A stretch of DNA of 64,000 bases from an uncultured Spirochaetota bacterium (lineage in GTDB: Bacteria; Spirochaetota; Spirochaetia; SZUA-6; Fen-1364). Positions within the stretch are counted from its first letter, which is position 1; each line of letters opens with the position of its first letter. The stretch spans positions 1,248,001 to 1,312,000 of the forward strand of contig CAWGAA010000001.1 in assembly GCA_963820525.1 (NCBI GenBank). The letters run 5' to 3'. The translations under genes were made by a program, and so were the position numbers. Of the stretch, positions 50,414-60,571 are shown piece after piece. The notes below the pieces were generated by a model, which did not search any database, had not been told where the DNA came from, and was given only the letters and a program-made list of their open reading frames with translations.

Positions 50414-51907
50414 CTAACGCCAGTTGGGGTCTTTGCAATTGTTGCTTGCCTTGAAACATGACTCGACTCGTTCTTTTCCCCAGATCTTGTTACCCGCTCG
50501 TCGTGGATTTTTTTTGAAAGCTTCATTTCTAGCTGCAATGTGCAGATCAATCGCTTCCTTGCACTCGTCCACGCTGTCGTAGTCGCTATTATGGATGACA
50601 GCTTTCGCCATGCCGCTAAATACTGATTCGATGACGTTCAGAAACTGGGCAGAGGCTGGAAGTGGTGCGAGCATCACTATGGGGTGTCCGATTTTTCCAG
50701 CGTCCAAAGCAGTATTCATCTCAAAAACGTATTCTGCGAGCTTTCCTGAAACGTGCCAAGACGCCGCATCCCACGAGAGGTAGAGACGATACTGATTAGA
50801 ATATTGCCGCAAAAGGATGTCCAGGAGTTTTATCATCTCTTCAGTATTCTTCTTTTCCGAGTAGAAATGAGTCACTTGATTTGTGGACAGTTCCAACGCT
50901 GCGGTAACGATTAGGCGCCCTTTGTTTCGCTGCCATTGAGGTACAAGTCGTGTCGTTCCTTGCTTGGTCAACGCACGGCCACCTTGCATCTTCACAGAGA
51001 AAGGACCAAACTCGTCTACCGAGAAAAACTTCTCATTCTCTAGCAGATTTGACAGTATCTTGGTAATTTCCTGTAACTTCTCACGGTAATCTGGGTCAGG
51101 GCTGGAGAGTACGCGCCGCGCCTTCCTGAAAGTGTAATGTTCAGCCCTAACGTATTCCGAAATCGTGCTCTTCCCTATCGACTCGGTGTACTGACGTTCA
51201 TACGCTCGCGCAAGAGTCCCCAAACTCCACGAAGCCCTATTGATTCCATGAAGGCGTGGAGATTCATGAAGAACTTCGATAATTCGATCTCGCTTCGTGT
51301 CCCTTTCCTTTACCTTATCGGGGTTCACGTTTCTTATTTTATTCCTTCGAAGACCAGCCATGCCGTCCTGCTTGAAGGCAATAAGCCATCTTTTCAAAAG
51401 GCGAGTAGACCTTTCCACCTTGGCGCATAGGCTCTTCAACTCGGCTCCCCTTTGTGAATCGAGCACTACCACCGCCTTGGCCCAGTTTGTTCTGTTATTC
51501 GAGCGTCGCCATTTTTCTAATTCGACCAGATCCTCCTCACAGACGTGAGTAATGCGCCACGTCGTGCGTACCGGGTGAGGGCGCATATTCGCCGCCAGGG
51601 AATACAGGGCGCTCTTGCCGCCTTTATAGCCATCCAGCCGCGCCAGCCGCAGGACTTCCACCGACATCATCTGTGGTTCCTCCCGTAGCAGCTTCTCTAT
51701 TTGCGCTCTGAACCGCTCTGTGATCTTGGGTCGCCCGATTCGGCGACAAAACCGTTTCCCAAGGTCTTCCACCTGCTGAATAGCTGGCTCGCTAGCGACT
51801 CGTTGCACTGTATTGAGCGACACCGCAGCAATACGCGCGGCGTCTTCCTTCGTATGGTGGGCCTTCAGCAGAATTTGGATTTCATAACGCTTCATCTGTG
51901 GGATCAT
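50414..51907 (-). CDS. IS630-family transposase with an IS21 IstA-like N-terminal extension
   Basis: C-terminal SVDEFG, SWDAASWH, FLNVIESVF DDE core. N-terminal KRYEIQILL...ARLDGYKGGKSALY resembles IstA. Confidence 0.8.
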   Translation of the reverse strand: MIPQMKRYEIQILLKAHHTKEDAARIAAVSLNTVQRVASEPAIQQVEDLGKRFCRRIGRPKITERFRAQIEKLLREEPQMMSVEVLRLARLDGYKGGKSALYSLAANMRPHPVRTTWRITHVCEEDLVELEKWRRSNNRTNWAKAVVVLDSQRGAELKSLCAKVERSTRLLKRWLIAFKQDGMAGLRRNKIRNVNPDKVKERDTKRDRIIEVLHESPRLHGINRASWSLGTLARAYERQYTESIGKSTISEYVRAEHYTFRKARRVLSSPDPDYREKLQEITKILSNLLENEKFFSVDEFGPFSVKMQGGRALTKQGTTRLVPQWQRNKGRLIVTAALELSTNQVTHFYSEKKNTEEMIKLLDILLRQYSNQYRLYLSWDAASWHVSGKLAEYVFEMNTALDAGKIGHPIVMLAPLPASAQFLNVIESVFSGMAKAVIHNSDYDSVDECKEAIDLHIAARNEAFKKNPRRAGNKIWGKERVESCFKASNNCKDPNWR

Positions 51908-51992
51908 TGAGGCTCCTCGCGTCAAAAGTGGATTTCTGACGCCAAGCATGACGTAGATACTGCTTGCGCGTCCCCTGCGACTGCAATCTATT

Positions 51993-52155
51993 CTACGAGT
52001 AGAAGCTCGTGCTGCGGGCGGTTGCAAACACCTCAATCCCGCAGGCTTCCATTGACGGTCGCGCCCGATCCGGATGCAGCCTTCCTCTGGGCAGGATTCG
52101 CACAGCATGCAGGGACCGGCACCGAAAGCGAATGCCCTGTAGTAGCCTTGTCAGC
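51993..52155 (-). pseudogene. DUF2284 metal-binding protein fragment
   Basis: GYYRAFAFGAGPCMLCESC followed, after a frameshift, by HPDRARPSMEACGIEVFATAR. Confidence 0.65.
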
Positions 52156-52306
52156 ATAGGCGATGTCAAGGGCAATCTCCATGGGCGTCGCCGGGGCAAG
52201 CCCTTCCCATACGATCGGATGATTTCAAGCAGCGCAGACGCCAGAGGATACGACTTCGGCTTGCCCCACCGAATCAGGGTTCGTATTCTTCAAGCAAGGA
52301 GTTGCC

Positions 52307-52609
52307 ATGAAGATCGCGATCATAGGGACGGGCAACGTAGGCGGCGCTTTGGCCAGGGCATGGGCACGAGCCGGGCACCGTATCTTTCTCGGGGTACGCA
52401 ATCTCCAAGACCAGAAGGTCCTTGCACTGACAGCGGAGGGACCGCTGATCTCCGCCCATTCGCCTGCCGAGGCGGTGAACGATGCGGAGACCGTGTTGTT
52501 CGCCATACCCCCGAATGCTCTTCAGCAGGTTCTGGACAACCTCGGGGACTTGAAGGGCAAGGTGCTCATCGACGCGACCAACTCTGTGCGGACCAGGGCT
52601 GGGGATTAA
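52307..52609 (+). pseudogene. NADPH-dependent F420 reductase-like protein, 5' fragment cut by IS91
   Basis: MKIAIIGTGNVGGALA...GKVLIDATN, then the IS91 end. AAGGAG RBS. Confidence 0.8.
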
Positions 52610-54456
52610 TGGTAGTAACGACTATAGCTCGAGACGGGGGCTTCGAGGAGGTCCAGACAGGAGTTTGGCCCCCCAGGACAGCAGGGAGGATGCACCTGAC
52701 GGCGCAGGAAGCGCTGGCGCGATGCGTCGTGCAGGCAGGGCGGGGTGCAGAAGGCGATCGGAGTCTGCGCAAGGGTCAGTCGGCTGGCGTGAGGACAAGA
52801 ATCTGGCGCGCGTGGGAACGAGGGGAGAAGATTCAACCCAGGGACGCGGCTTCAAGGCCCGGGGGAGCCGCGCCGGTCTTGATGAGGTGGCGGAGGATTC
52901 TGAGGATCTGCGGGGGATCGGTGATGACGGCGAGGACCCGCATCGGGGAACCACAACGGCGGCAGCGGAGGGGATCAACCTCGTAGATCTTTGCGAGCAG
53001 CCGAGCCCAGGCGGAGCGGGACTCCGTGGCGGACACGGACAGATTCGGCGTGTCCTGGGGGGCTGGGCCGAGGTGCAGAGCAGGCCGGGACTGGTGGTCC
53101 TTCTTCCAGCCGTCGGGAGCCAGGCGGAGCAGATGGGGCTTGCGGGACCATGTGCCACGCGATCGCGAGGAATACAGGCCGTAGCGGCGAATGAACCTGG
53201 CCCCCGCGTCCGGAAGGTGTTGCAGGACCTCGACCAGGAACTCCGTCGCGGGGAACAGCTTGGAGTTTGTGCGGAAGTAGGGATTGTACTCTGAGCGATA
53301 CATGACGCTGCCAGCGTGTTCCTCCACGAGCATCTTCTTCAGCGACACAGGCGGACGCGCTGTGTACTGCGCGAGGGCCTCCCGCGCCTTGGAGGAAGTG
53401 GCGGGGATCTTGACCGAGAGGTCCACGCTGAACCCGCTGTGTGTCCAGTCCAGCATATTCCTAGCCAGCCGCTTGTTGAGCAGGGTATGTTTCAGGATAA
53501 AGTCGACCATGCCGGCGCGGAAGTACTGACTGAGCTTGGCCAGATCGAGGGAAGGCACATGGACAAACCTCCCCTCCCTGTCGAATCCGCCTTCGAGGAA
53601 GATGGCGTGTAGGTGGGGATTCCACCGCGCGAACTCACCCGCGGAGGCGTAGGCGATCACGGCGGCGCTCTGAATCCTCCTGCATGCCGCCGCGTTGTAG
53701 AAGCTCTGGATCATGCGGTAGACCAGCTTGGTGATCTCCCCGTAGAGCCTCCTGTCGTGGCGGAAGAACACACGGAGCACCTTGGGAAATGTGAAGACCA
53801 TCTGGCGGTGGGGCAGCAGGAGCAGGAGGTGCTCGTTCATGTACTCACCGAAAAGGAGCGTGCGCTTCTGGGAACAGGAGGGGCAGAGGTAGAACACCTT
53901 GCAGCTGAAGGGTCGAAAGTAGTCGGCTTTACAGTCGGGATTGGTGCATTGGATCCTCGCGATGCCCTTCGAGTAGTCCCCGCAGTACAGGAATCGTTCG
54001 ACGGCCGAGCTGATCCGCTGCAGGCGGAACCGTCCCAGGCGGGCAGCGTACGTGGTTTCGTATCCTGCGCAGAACTCCGGGAAGTGGGTGCGGAACAACC
54101 TCTGCAGCGAGCTGGTACCCCGTTGGCGGTAGGTGCTGGGGAGCGTCGCATCCAAGGACAGGGCCAATTGGTCGGCCACAATGGGAAAGACGACCCCAAA
54201 GAGCACGCTGCATCTCCCCCCGGCGGCCCGTCTCCGAACACGCGGCCGGGCGGCCCGCCTGCGCGCCCAGCACGCCCAGGAGGGACTCACTGTACCGCCG
54301 ATCGCCATTTTCAGTATCGCAAATCGGTGCAACTTTCCCTTCAAGGGTGGATAGAAAGGTGAGATACAGTAAAAAATTTTGAAATCTTGACATTCCATCA
54401 GCCTTCCCTCCACTGTTATCGCTTGATGGGCAATAATGGGCTGACTGAAAAAACCA
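52608..54456 (-). mobile_element. IS91-family (rolling-circle) element, full-length copy
   Basis: Both ends are defined by identity with the three partial copies. No IRs or target duplication. Confidence 0.9.
52833..54179 (-). CDS. IS91-family Y2/HUH transposase
   Basis: Zn motif CTNPDC...SCKVFYLCPSC, HRQMVFT, NPHLH (HUH), QYTAR, IRRYGLYS, DPLRCRRCG. Confidence 0.9.
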   Translation of the reverse strand: MADQLALSLDATLPSTYRQRGTSSLQRLFRTHFPEFCAGYETTYAARLGRFRLQRISSAVERFLYCGDYSKGIARIQCTNPDCKADYFRPFSCKVFYLCPSCSQKRTLLFGEYMNEHLLLLLPHRQMVFTFPKVLRVFFRHDRRLYGEITKLVYRMIQSFYNAAACRRIQSAAVIAYASAGEFARWNPHLHAIFLEGGFDREGRFVHVPSLDLAKLSQYFRAGMVDFILKHTLLNKRLARNMLDWTHSGFSVDLSVKIPATSSKAREALAQYTARPPVSLKKMLVEEHAGSVMYRSEYNPYFRTNSKLFPATEFLVEVLQHLPDAGARFIRRYGLYSSRSRGTWSRKPHLLRLAPDGWKKDHQSRPALHLGPAPQDTPNLSVSATESRSAWARLLAKIYEVDPLRCRRCGSPMRVLAVITDPPQILRILRHLIKTGAAPPGLEAASLG

Positions 54457-54890
54457 AATCCGCGATCAGCTCTGCCGTCTCCCTCATCCGAGGCGCCCGT
54501 TACCTCACCGCCTTCACCGGCGCGGGGATCAGCGTGGAAAGCGGCATCCCGCCCTTTCGCGGCCCCGGCGGCTTGTGGAGCCAGTACGACCCCCGCATGT
54601 TGGAACTCGACTACTTCCTGGCCCACCCAGACAAGTCATGGCCTATCCTCCGGGAGATCTTCTACGACCACTTCGGCAAGGCGCGGCCCAATAAGGCGCA
54701 CGAAGTCCTGGCGCGCCTGGAGAACGAGGGGTGGCCGCGCGAAAGCGCGGCCCGCGGCGAAGCCGATGGGGGGCATGCGCCGGGCAGCACGAGCGGCCCA
54801 GATGCCCGCGGCCGCCTCCAGGTCCTCAACACACAGAACATCGACAACCTCTGCTTCGAGACAGGCTCCCGCAACGTCATTGAGTCCCAT
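54457..54890 (+). pseudogene. cobB: Third cobB copy, 5' half only
   Basis: [15 protein letters not shown]...TQNIDNL, truncated at VIESH. Its start is replaced by the IS91 end. Confidence 0.8.
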
Positions 54891-55036
54891 ACGGCGGATT
54901 CGCGGAAGCAATGCGCGGAGTTGACTCCCTCCGGGAGCCGTTTTACAATGCGCGTCGTGCTTTGTTACCTTTGAAAAAGTCGGGCGTCTCCATGCCTCAC
55001 AGCCCGCGCATTGAGGCGCTGCGGGAGGAAAAGCGT

Positions 55037-57808
55037 ATGGCCGAATGGCATCTCAAGAGCATCGAGGAGACCATCCTTCTCCTGCATACTTCGCCGACAG
55101 GGCTTTCCAGCTTTGAAGCGGCCGCCCGCCTGGCGCGGTCAGGTGCCAATGAGCTTGCGGGCAGAAGCGGGCGCGGCCCCTGGCGAATCCTTGCCGGGCA
55201 AGCCGCTTCCGTCATGGTGATCATCCTCGCCGCCGCCGCAGTGCTGTCCGGGTTTCTGGGCAAGTGGCTGGAAGCGGGATCGATTCTGGCCATCGTCATC
55301 CTCTTCATTGTCCTGGGATTCATCCAGGAATACCGGGCGGAACGCGGCGTGGCTTCCCTGCGCCGGCTAGCCGCGCCAAGGGTCCGCGTCTTTCGTGACG
55401 GCGCGCTGGTGGAGATGGCCTCTCGGGATCTCGTGCCGGGGGATCGAATCCTGCTGGAATCGGGCAACATGGTGCCGGCGGACGTCCGGTTTCAGCAGTG
55501 CGTGAACCTGCGGATCCAGGAGGCCGCCCTCACCGGGGAGTCAGAGCCCATTGAGAAGACGGCGGAAACCCTGCGGGAGAAAGGCCTCCCGCTGGGAGAC
55601 CGCCTCAACCTCGGCTTCATGGGCACAATCGTGACCTACGGCCGTGGATCGGCAATCGTCGTGACAACCGGTATGCGGACTGAGCTGGGCACGGTGGCCG
55701 CCCTCATCAGGGAAGCCTCCCCCGAGCGCACGCCTCTCCAGAAAAACCTGGATCGACTGGGCAGGACTTTGGCCGTGGTGGGGAGCGCCGCCGCGGCCTT
55801 GGTATTCGCGGCGGGCCTGGCCCTCGGCGAATCCGTCAAGGATATGCTGATCACCGCCGTGAGCGTCGCGGTAGCCGTCATACCGGAGGGGCTGCCCGCA
55901 GTCGCGACCGTCGCCCTTGCCCTCGGCGCCCGCCGCATGCTGCGCCGCAATGCCCTCATCCGCCGCCTGCCCGCCGTGGAGACCCTCGGATCCGTTACTG
56001 TGATCTGCTCCGACAAGACGGGGACCCTCACGGAGAACCGGATGACGGTCATGGTCATCGATGTGGCAGGGCACCGCCGGGAAATCACCGAGACGATCCG
56101 GCACCGGGTTCCACACCTTGCGCCGCGAGGGGCGGGGGAAGAGCCCGTCCGTGAAAGCGGGAGTATCCTGCTCATGCTGGCCGGCGGCGCGCTCTGCAGC
56201 GATGCCATGCTTTCCCGCGGTGACGCGGATGGCTCCCTCCACGCCATAGGCGACCCCACGGAGGGCGCTCTCGTGCTGGCGGCGGCGCGCTTCGGTCTGG
56301 ACAAGGAGAGGCTGGAGGCGGCCATGCCCCGCCGCGGCGAGATTCCTTTCGATTCGCAGCGCAAACGCATGACTACGATCCATGAACGGCCGTCCGGCGC
56401 CTCTCTGCCGTCCGGGCTTTCGGCGGCATGGGGGCTGCCGTCTTCCGCCGCGGCTCCGACGGGGGACAACTGGTCCACGCTCGTCGCGGTGACAAAGGGC
56501 TCCGTGGACGGCCTTCTGGAGATCAGCAGCGGGGTGTGGAACGAGGGGCGGGCTATGCCCCTTGATGATGAGTGGGAGAAACGCATTCGCGCCACGTCAG
56601 AGGAGTTGGCTGGTGCGGGAATGCGCATCTTGGGCGTCGGGTTCCGCGCCATCGACGGACCCGCCCTGGGCCGGCCTCAGGATGTGGAACGGGACCTCGT
56701 GTTCGTCGGCTTGTTCGGGATCATGGACCCGCCCCGGCGGGAGGTCCGCCGTGCGGTGGTGGTCTGCCGTGAGGCGGGGATCCGCCCCGTGATGATCACG
56801 GGGGACCACCCGTTGACCGCCAGGGCAATCGCCGATGAGCTGGGCATGACCGGCGGGCCGGTTGCCGGCGCAGCGGAGCTGGATGCCGCCGGGCAGGACG
56901 CCCTGGAGGACATGGTGGCCGAAGTGTCCGTATTCGCCCGGGTGAGCCCGGAGCACAAGCTGCGCATTGTCCGGGCTCTCCAGAATAGGGGGGAGGTGGT
57001 CGCGATGACGGGAGACGGGGTGAACGACGCGCCTGCCCTGAGGAAAGCGGACATCGGGATCGCAATGGGGGTGACCGGCACGGACGTGGCCAAGGACGCG
57101 GCGGACATGATCCTGCTGGATGACAACTTTGCCTCGATTGTCGCCGCGGTCGGGGAAGGGCGGACGGTGGTGGAGAACCTCAGGCACTTCATCAGCTTCT
57201 CGCTGGCGGGAAACCTCGGCAAGGTGCTGATCATGCTGCTTGGGCCCCTGTTCGGAATCCCCGTCGCCCTGTTCCCCATTCAGCTTTTATGGCTCAACCT
57301 GCTCACGGACGGCCTGCTCGGTCTCGGCATGGGATTCGAGCCGGAAGGTCCCGACACGATGCGGCATCCGCCCTCCCGCGCGCAGATCCTCTCCATGGGA
57401 ATGGGCCTCCACGTGGGCTGGGTGGGCGCCGTCATCTGCGCGCTCGCCCTCGGGATGGGAGCGGCGGCGTTCCGCAGGAGCATCGGGCAGTGGCAGACCA
57501 TGATTTTTGCCGGTCTCGCTTTCCTGCAGGTCTGGGAAGCCTTTGGCCTGCGCTCCGAGCGGGAGTCCGCCTTCCGCCAGCGGCTTCAGGCGAACCCCGT
57601 CCTTCTCTTCGCGGGTGCCTTGGGGATCTCATTCCAGCTCTGCGTCCTCTTCATCCCCTTTCTCCGCGGAGTCTTCCTGGTGCAGCCTCTTTCCGCGGGG
57701 CAGCTTGCGCTGTGCGCCGGAATCGGGGGAGTGCTTTTCCTGCTCGGTGAATCTGAAAAGCTGGTCCTGCGCCGTCGGGCACAGCGAGGGGGGCACGCGG
57801 TCGTTTGA
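55037..57808 (+). CDS. Cation-translocating P-type ATPase (type IIA, Ca2+-like)
   Basis: TGES, PEGL, DKTGT, TGD, GDGVND and TM segments. GGAGG RBS. Confidence 0.93.
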   Translation: MAEWHLKSIEETILLLHTSPTGLSSFEAAARLARSGANELAGRSGRGPWRILAGQAASVMVIILAAAAVLSGFLGKWLEAGSILAIVILFIVLGFIQEYRAERGVASLRRLAAPRVRVFRDGALVEMASRDLVPGDRILLESGNMVPADVRFQQCVNLRIQEAALTGESEPIEKTAETLREKGLPLGDRLNLGFMGTIVTYGRGSAIVVTTGMRTELGTVAALIREASPERTPLQKNLDRLGRTLAVVGSAAAALVFAAGLALGESVKDMLITAVSVAVAVIPEGLPAVATVALALGARRMLRRNALIRRLPAVETLGSVTVICSDKTGTLTENRMTVMVIDVAGHRREITETIRHRVPHLAPRGAGEEPVRESGSILLMLAGGALCSDAMLSRGDADGSLHAIGDPTEGALVLAAARFGLDKERLEAAMPRRGEIPFDSQRKRMTTIHERPSGASLPSGLSAAWGLPSSAAAPTGDNWSTLVAVTKGSVDGLLEISSGVWNEGRAMPLDDEWEKRIRATSEELAGAGMRILGVGFRAIDGPALGRPQDVERDLVFVGLFGIMDPPRREVRRAVVVCREAGIRPVMITGDHPLTARAIADELGMTGGPVAGAAELDAAGQDALEDMVAEVSVFARVSPEHKLRIVRALQNRGEVVAMTGDGVNDAPALRKADIGIAMGVTGTDVAKDAADMILLDDNFASIVAAVGEGRTVVENLRHFISFSLAGNLGKVLIMLLGPLFGIPVALFPIQLLWLNLLTDGLLGLGMGFEPEGPDTMRHPPSRAQILSMGMGLHVGWVGAVICALALGMGAAAFRRSIGQWQTMIFAGLAFLQVWEAFGLRSERESAFRQRLQANPVLLFAGALGISFQLCVLFIPFLRGVFLVQPLSAGQLALCAGIGGVLFLLGESEKLVLRRRAQRGGHAVV

Positions 57809-58029
57809 CCCCCGCTGGGCCTCTCGCTATTTTTGCCGTGTGTGTCCCTCCGGCTGAATTGGAGAACGCCCGGGCGCGCTTTCCAAGGCGGCGCCCAGGA
57901 TCTCATCGACGGCTTCAGGATTGGCGGAATTGGCGCCTGCCCGGGCGAAGCCGAGCGCTTCCGGGTCAGCGTGCTCAGCCGGGAGAAAAATGATATGCTC
58001 GGATCCGGGGCGTCAACGTGAGGTGAACC

Positions 58030-58443
58030 GTGGAAAGAAGGTTCGCAGACAATACCTACCGTCGAAGCAGGCAAAGAGACAGGATTTTGGAGCTCTTGCG
58101 CGGGACGGCATCGCATCCGACGGCAAATTGGCTCTATGGCAAGCTTCGAAAAGAGTTCCCCGATTTGAGCATGGGGACCGTGTACCGCAATCTCGGAATC
58201 CTGGCCGAGCAGGGGCTCATCACGAGGATCGATTTCGGAAGCACTTTTGACCGATTTGACGCCCACACGGAGGACCACTACCACTTCGTCTGTGAGAGGT
58301 GCGGGGCGATTATCGATCTTGAGCTTGCAGTGGACAACTCCCTGAACGAGCAGGTGAATCGAACCTCGACGCACAGGGCTCAACGGCACGACATCCAGTT
58401 TCACGGGACGTGCGTAGCATGTTCCTCCAGGAAAAAGAAGTGA
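58030..58443 (+). CDS. Fur/PerR-family regulator
   Basis: HPTA, TVYRNL, HYHFVCERCG, CVAC. Confidence 0.9.
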   Translation: MERRFADNTYRRSRQRDRILELLRGTASHPTANWLYGKLRKEFPDLSMGTVYRNLGILAEQGLITRIDFGSTFDRFDAHTEDHYHFVCERCGAIIDLELAVDNSLNEQVNRTSTHRAQRHDIQFHGTCVACSSRKKK

Positions 58444-58457
58444 TAAAAATCTTGTCA

Positions 58458-58477
58458 GTAATCGTTCCGAATATTAC
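58458..58477. promoter_or_regulatory. Candidate Fur/PerR operator
   Basis: AT-rich imperfect palindrome GTAATCGTTCCGAATATTAC between the regulator and the ferritin-like genes. Confidence 0.45.
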
Positions 58478-58535
58478 ATTTAGAAAGACATGATGCGTTG
58501 CGTCATTCAAAAATCTTTTTCCGGGGGGGCAGCGT

Positions 58536-59087
58536 ATGGCAAGAGTGGCACGGGAAATGGTGGAGAAGGCCGGAGTGAACGTTGACCAGCTCGTAGAGCT
58601 TCTGGTCAAGAACTCCTCCGCCGAGCTTACAACCTACTACTATTATACCATCCTCAGGGTCAACCTCATCGGACTGGAGGGTGAGGGAATCAAGGAGATC
58701 GCGGAAACCGCCCGCATCGAGGACAGGAACCACTTCGAAGCGCTGGTTCCGCGTATCTATGAGCTGGGAGGGAGGCTACCGGGGAGCATGAAGGACTTCC
58801 ACGATGTTTCGGCTTGTCCGCCGGCAGGCTTGCCAAAGGATCCCACAAAGACATTGGATATGCTCAAGGTGCTGGTGGACGCGGAGAGATGCGCCGTGCG
58901 GGGCTACACGCAGATCTGCAACATGACGGCGGGCAAGGATCATCGCACCTATGACCTGTCTCTCGCCATTCTGAACGAGGAGGTCGAGCACGAGTCCTGG
59001 TTCTCTGAGTTCCTGGGTGAAGGACCGTCGGGCCATTTCATGAGACGGGGGGAAACGTCCCCGTTCGTTGGAAAGTTCCTGAGGTAG
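58536..59087 (+). CDS. DPS-like (DPSL) ferritin-family protein
   Basis: AELTTYYYYTILR, EDRNHFE, AERCAVRGY, EEVEHESWF, GPSGHF. Confidence 0.9.
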   Translation: MARVAREMVEKAGVNVDQLVELLVKNSSAELTTYYYYTILRVNLIGLEGEGIKEIAETARIEDRNHFEALVPRIYELGGRLPGSMKDFHDVSACPPAGLPKDPTKTLDMLKVLVDAERCAVRGYTQICNMTAGKDHRTYDLSLAILNEEVEHESWFSEFLGEGPSGHFMRRGETSPFVGKFLR

Positions 59088-59158
59088 CTCCGCGTCCTTG
59101 AAGGGAGAACCTCGCGTTGAGGAGGCTTCTCCCTTCATCCGGATGGAAGAGAACCTGC

Positions 59159-59431
59159 ATGAGGGCCTTCCTAGAAAAAGAGCTGTCACTCTACGACGGC
59201 CGGGAAGGGCATTCGGCCTACATCGCATTCGGAGGGCGGGTCTACGATGTGACGAACAGCTTTCTCTGGAAGGGGGGAAAGCACCAGGTCCTTCACAGCG
59301 CCGGAAGGGACCTGACCAGGGAGATGGAAACCGCCCCTCACGGGGCGGACCTCCTGGAGAGAGTGCCTCTGGTGGGATACCTGAAACAGGTCTTCTACGA
59401 CAAAGAGAAACGGGAAGGGAGCGTCATATGA
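59159..59431 (+). CDS. Cytochrome b5-like heme/steroid-binding protein
   Basis: ELSLYDG...VYDVT...W.GGKH..HSAGRDLT...APHG. Confidence 0.85.
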   Translation: MRAFLEKELSLYDGREGHSAYIAFGGRVYDVTNSFLWKGGKHQVLHSAGRDLTREMETAPHGADLLERVPLVGYLKQVFYDKEKREGSVI

Positions 59432-59958
59432 TTTCACGAAAAATGGCGGATCGAATCAACGAACAGATCAACAGGGAAATGTACTCGGCATATCTCTATA
59501 TGTCCATGTCGGCCCGAATGACTGAGGCCGGCTACAAGGGCGCAGGAAAGTGGCTCATGCTGCAGTACCACGAGGAGTTGTACCACGCCATGAAGTTCTT
59601 CACCTACCTCCAGGACCAGGGCGTCCCCGTGCAGCTCAAATCCATTGAGGCGCCTGACGTCAAGGACGCCACGATCAAGGGGATCTTTCAGCACGTCCTG
59701 GAGCACGAAAAAGTGGTAACGAAGAGCATTCACGAGATCATGACTTTGGCAGTCGAAGAAAAGGACTATGCCACGCAGGCCCTCGATCAATGGTATGTCA
59801 GCGAGCAGATCGAGGAGGAGAAGAACGCCGCCGAGATACTTCAGGCCATCGACCTCGTGGGCGGCTCAGCCCAGGGCCTGTACATGCTCAGCGTCGAGCT
59901 CGGGAACCGCAAGCTCGGTGTACCGAGCGACTTCACGGTGCTGGGCGCAAACGACTGA
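59428..59958 (+). CDS. ftnA: Non-heme ferritin
   Basis: NEQINREMYSAYLY, EELYHAMK, HEKVVT, WYVSEQIEEE. Confidence 0.92.
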   Translation: MISRKMADRINEQINREMYSAYLYMSMSARMTEAGYKGAGKWLMLQYHEELYHAMKFFTYLQDQGVPVQLKSIEAPDVKDATIKGIFQHVLEHEKVVTKSIHEIMTLAVEEKDYATQALDQWYVSEQIEEEKNAAEILQAIDLVGGSAQGLYMLSVELGNRKLGVPSDFTVLGAND

Positions 59959-60343
59959 GGCACGTGCTGATCCGTGGCAAGGAGCGCGCAAGGCCGCGCT
60001 GGGCAAACCCTGCTCCGAGATCTTCCTGGCGAGTACGTGAGGTCGCCGAGTTCCGATCGGGGTTTCCACGCCTTCGACGACCCGCCCTTTCGCGTGGCGA
60101 AGGACCGCCGCCGAAACGGGCCTTGTGGAATAGTTGCGAAAGCAGTTCGAAGGCCGCCGCAAAATGTGAGATCGCGTCAGCCGGAGTCTTGGCATTATGA
60201 GCCATGAATGCGGAATTTGTTGGCAAACGCAGTCCATTACTTATACTGGGCTAGACATGTCCAAAGACGCTACCTATTCTATGCAACGGAATTGAAGCTT
60301 AGCATTCTCGCCTTCCAGAAAGGAAAGGCCTTCGCTCATCTCC

Positions 60344-60571
60344 CTATAAGTTCTCTAAGAACTCTTCCTCGCTAACCTGGGCTAACTTGAGGATGTTATG
60401 CAAAGTCCCCACCGCCACTTCCCTGTGTAACGGGACAACACAGCCAATGTCGCCCCCCGCGAGTTTCTTCCTGAGAACAACGTGACTACCGCGTTGCCTG
60501 ACTTGAATAAATCCAAGCCGTTCAAGCGCCGCTATCGTCTCCTTGCCGGAAACACGGCGCAGCCTAGACAC
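60344..60571 (-). CDS. hicA: HicA toxin
   Basis: LERLGF..VRQRGSH...VVPLH..GTL..IL. Confidence 0.9.
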   Translation of the reverse strand: MSRLRRVSGKETIAALERLGFIQVRQRGSHVVLRKKLAGGDIGCVVPLHREVAVGTLHNILKLAQVSEEEFLENL

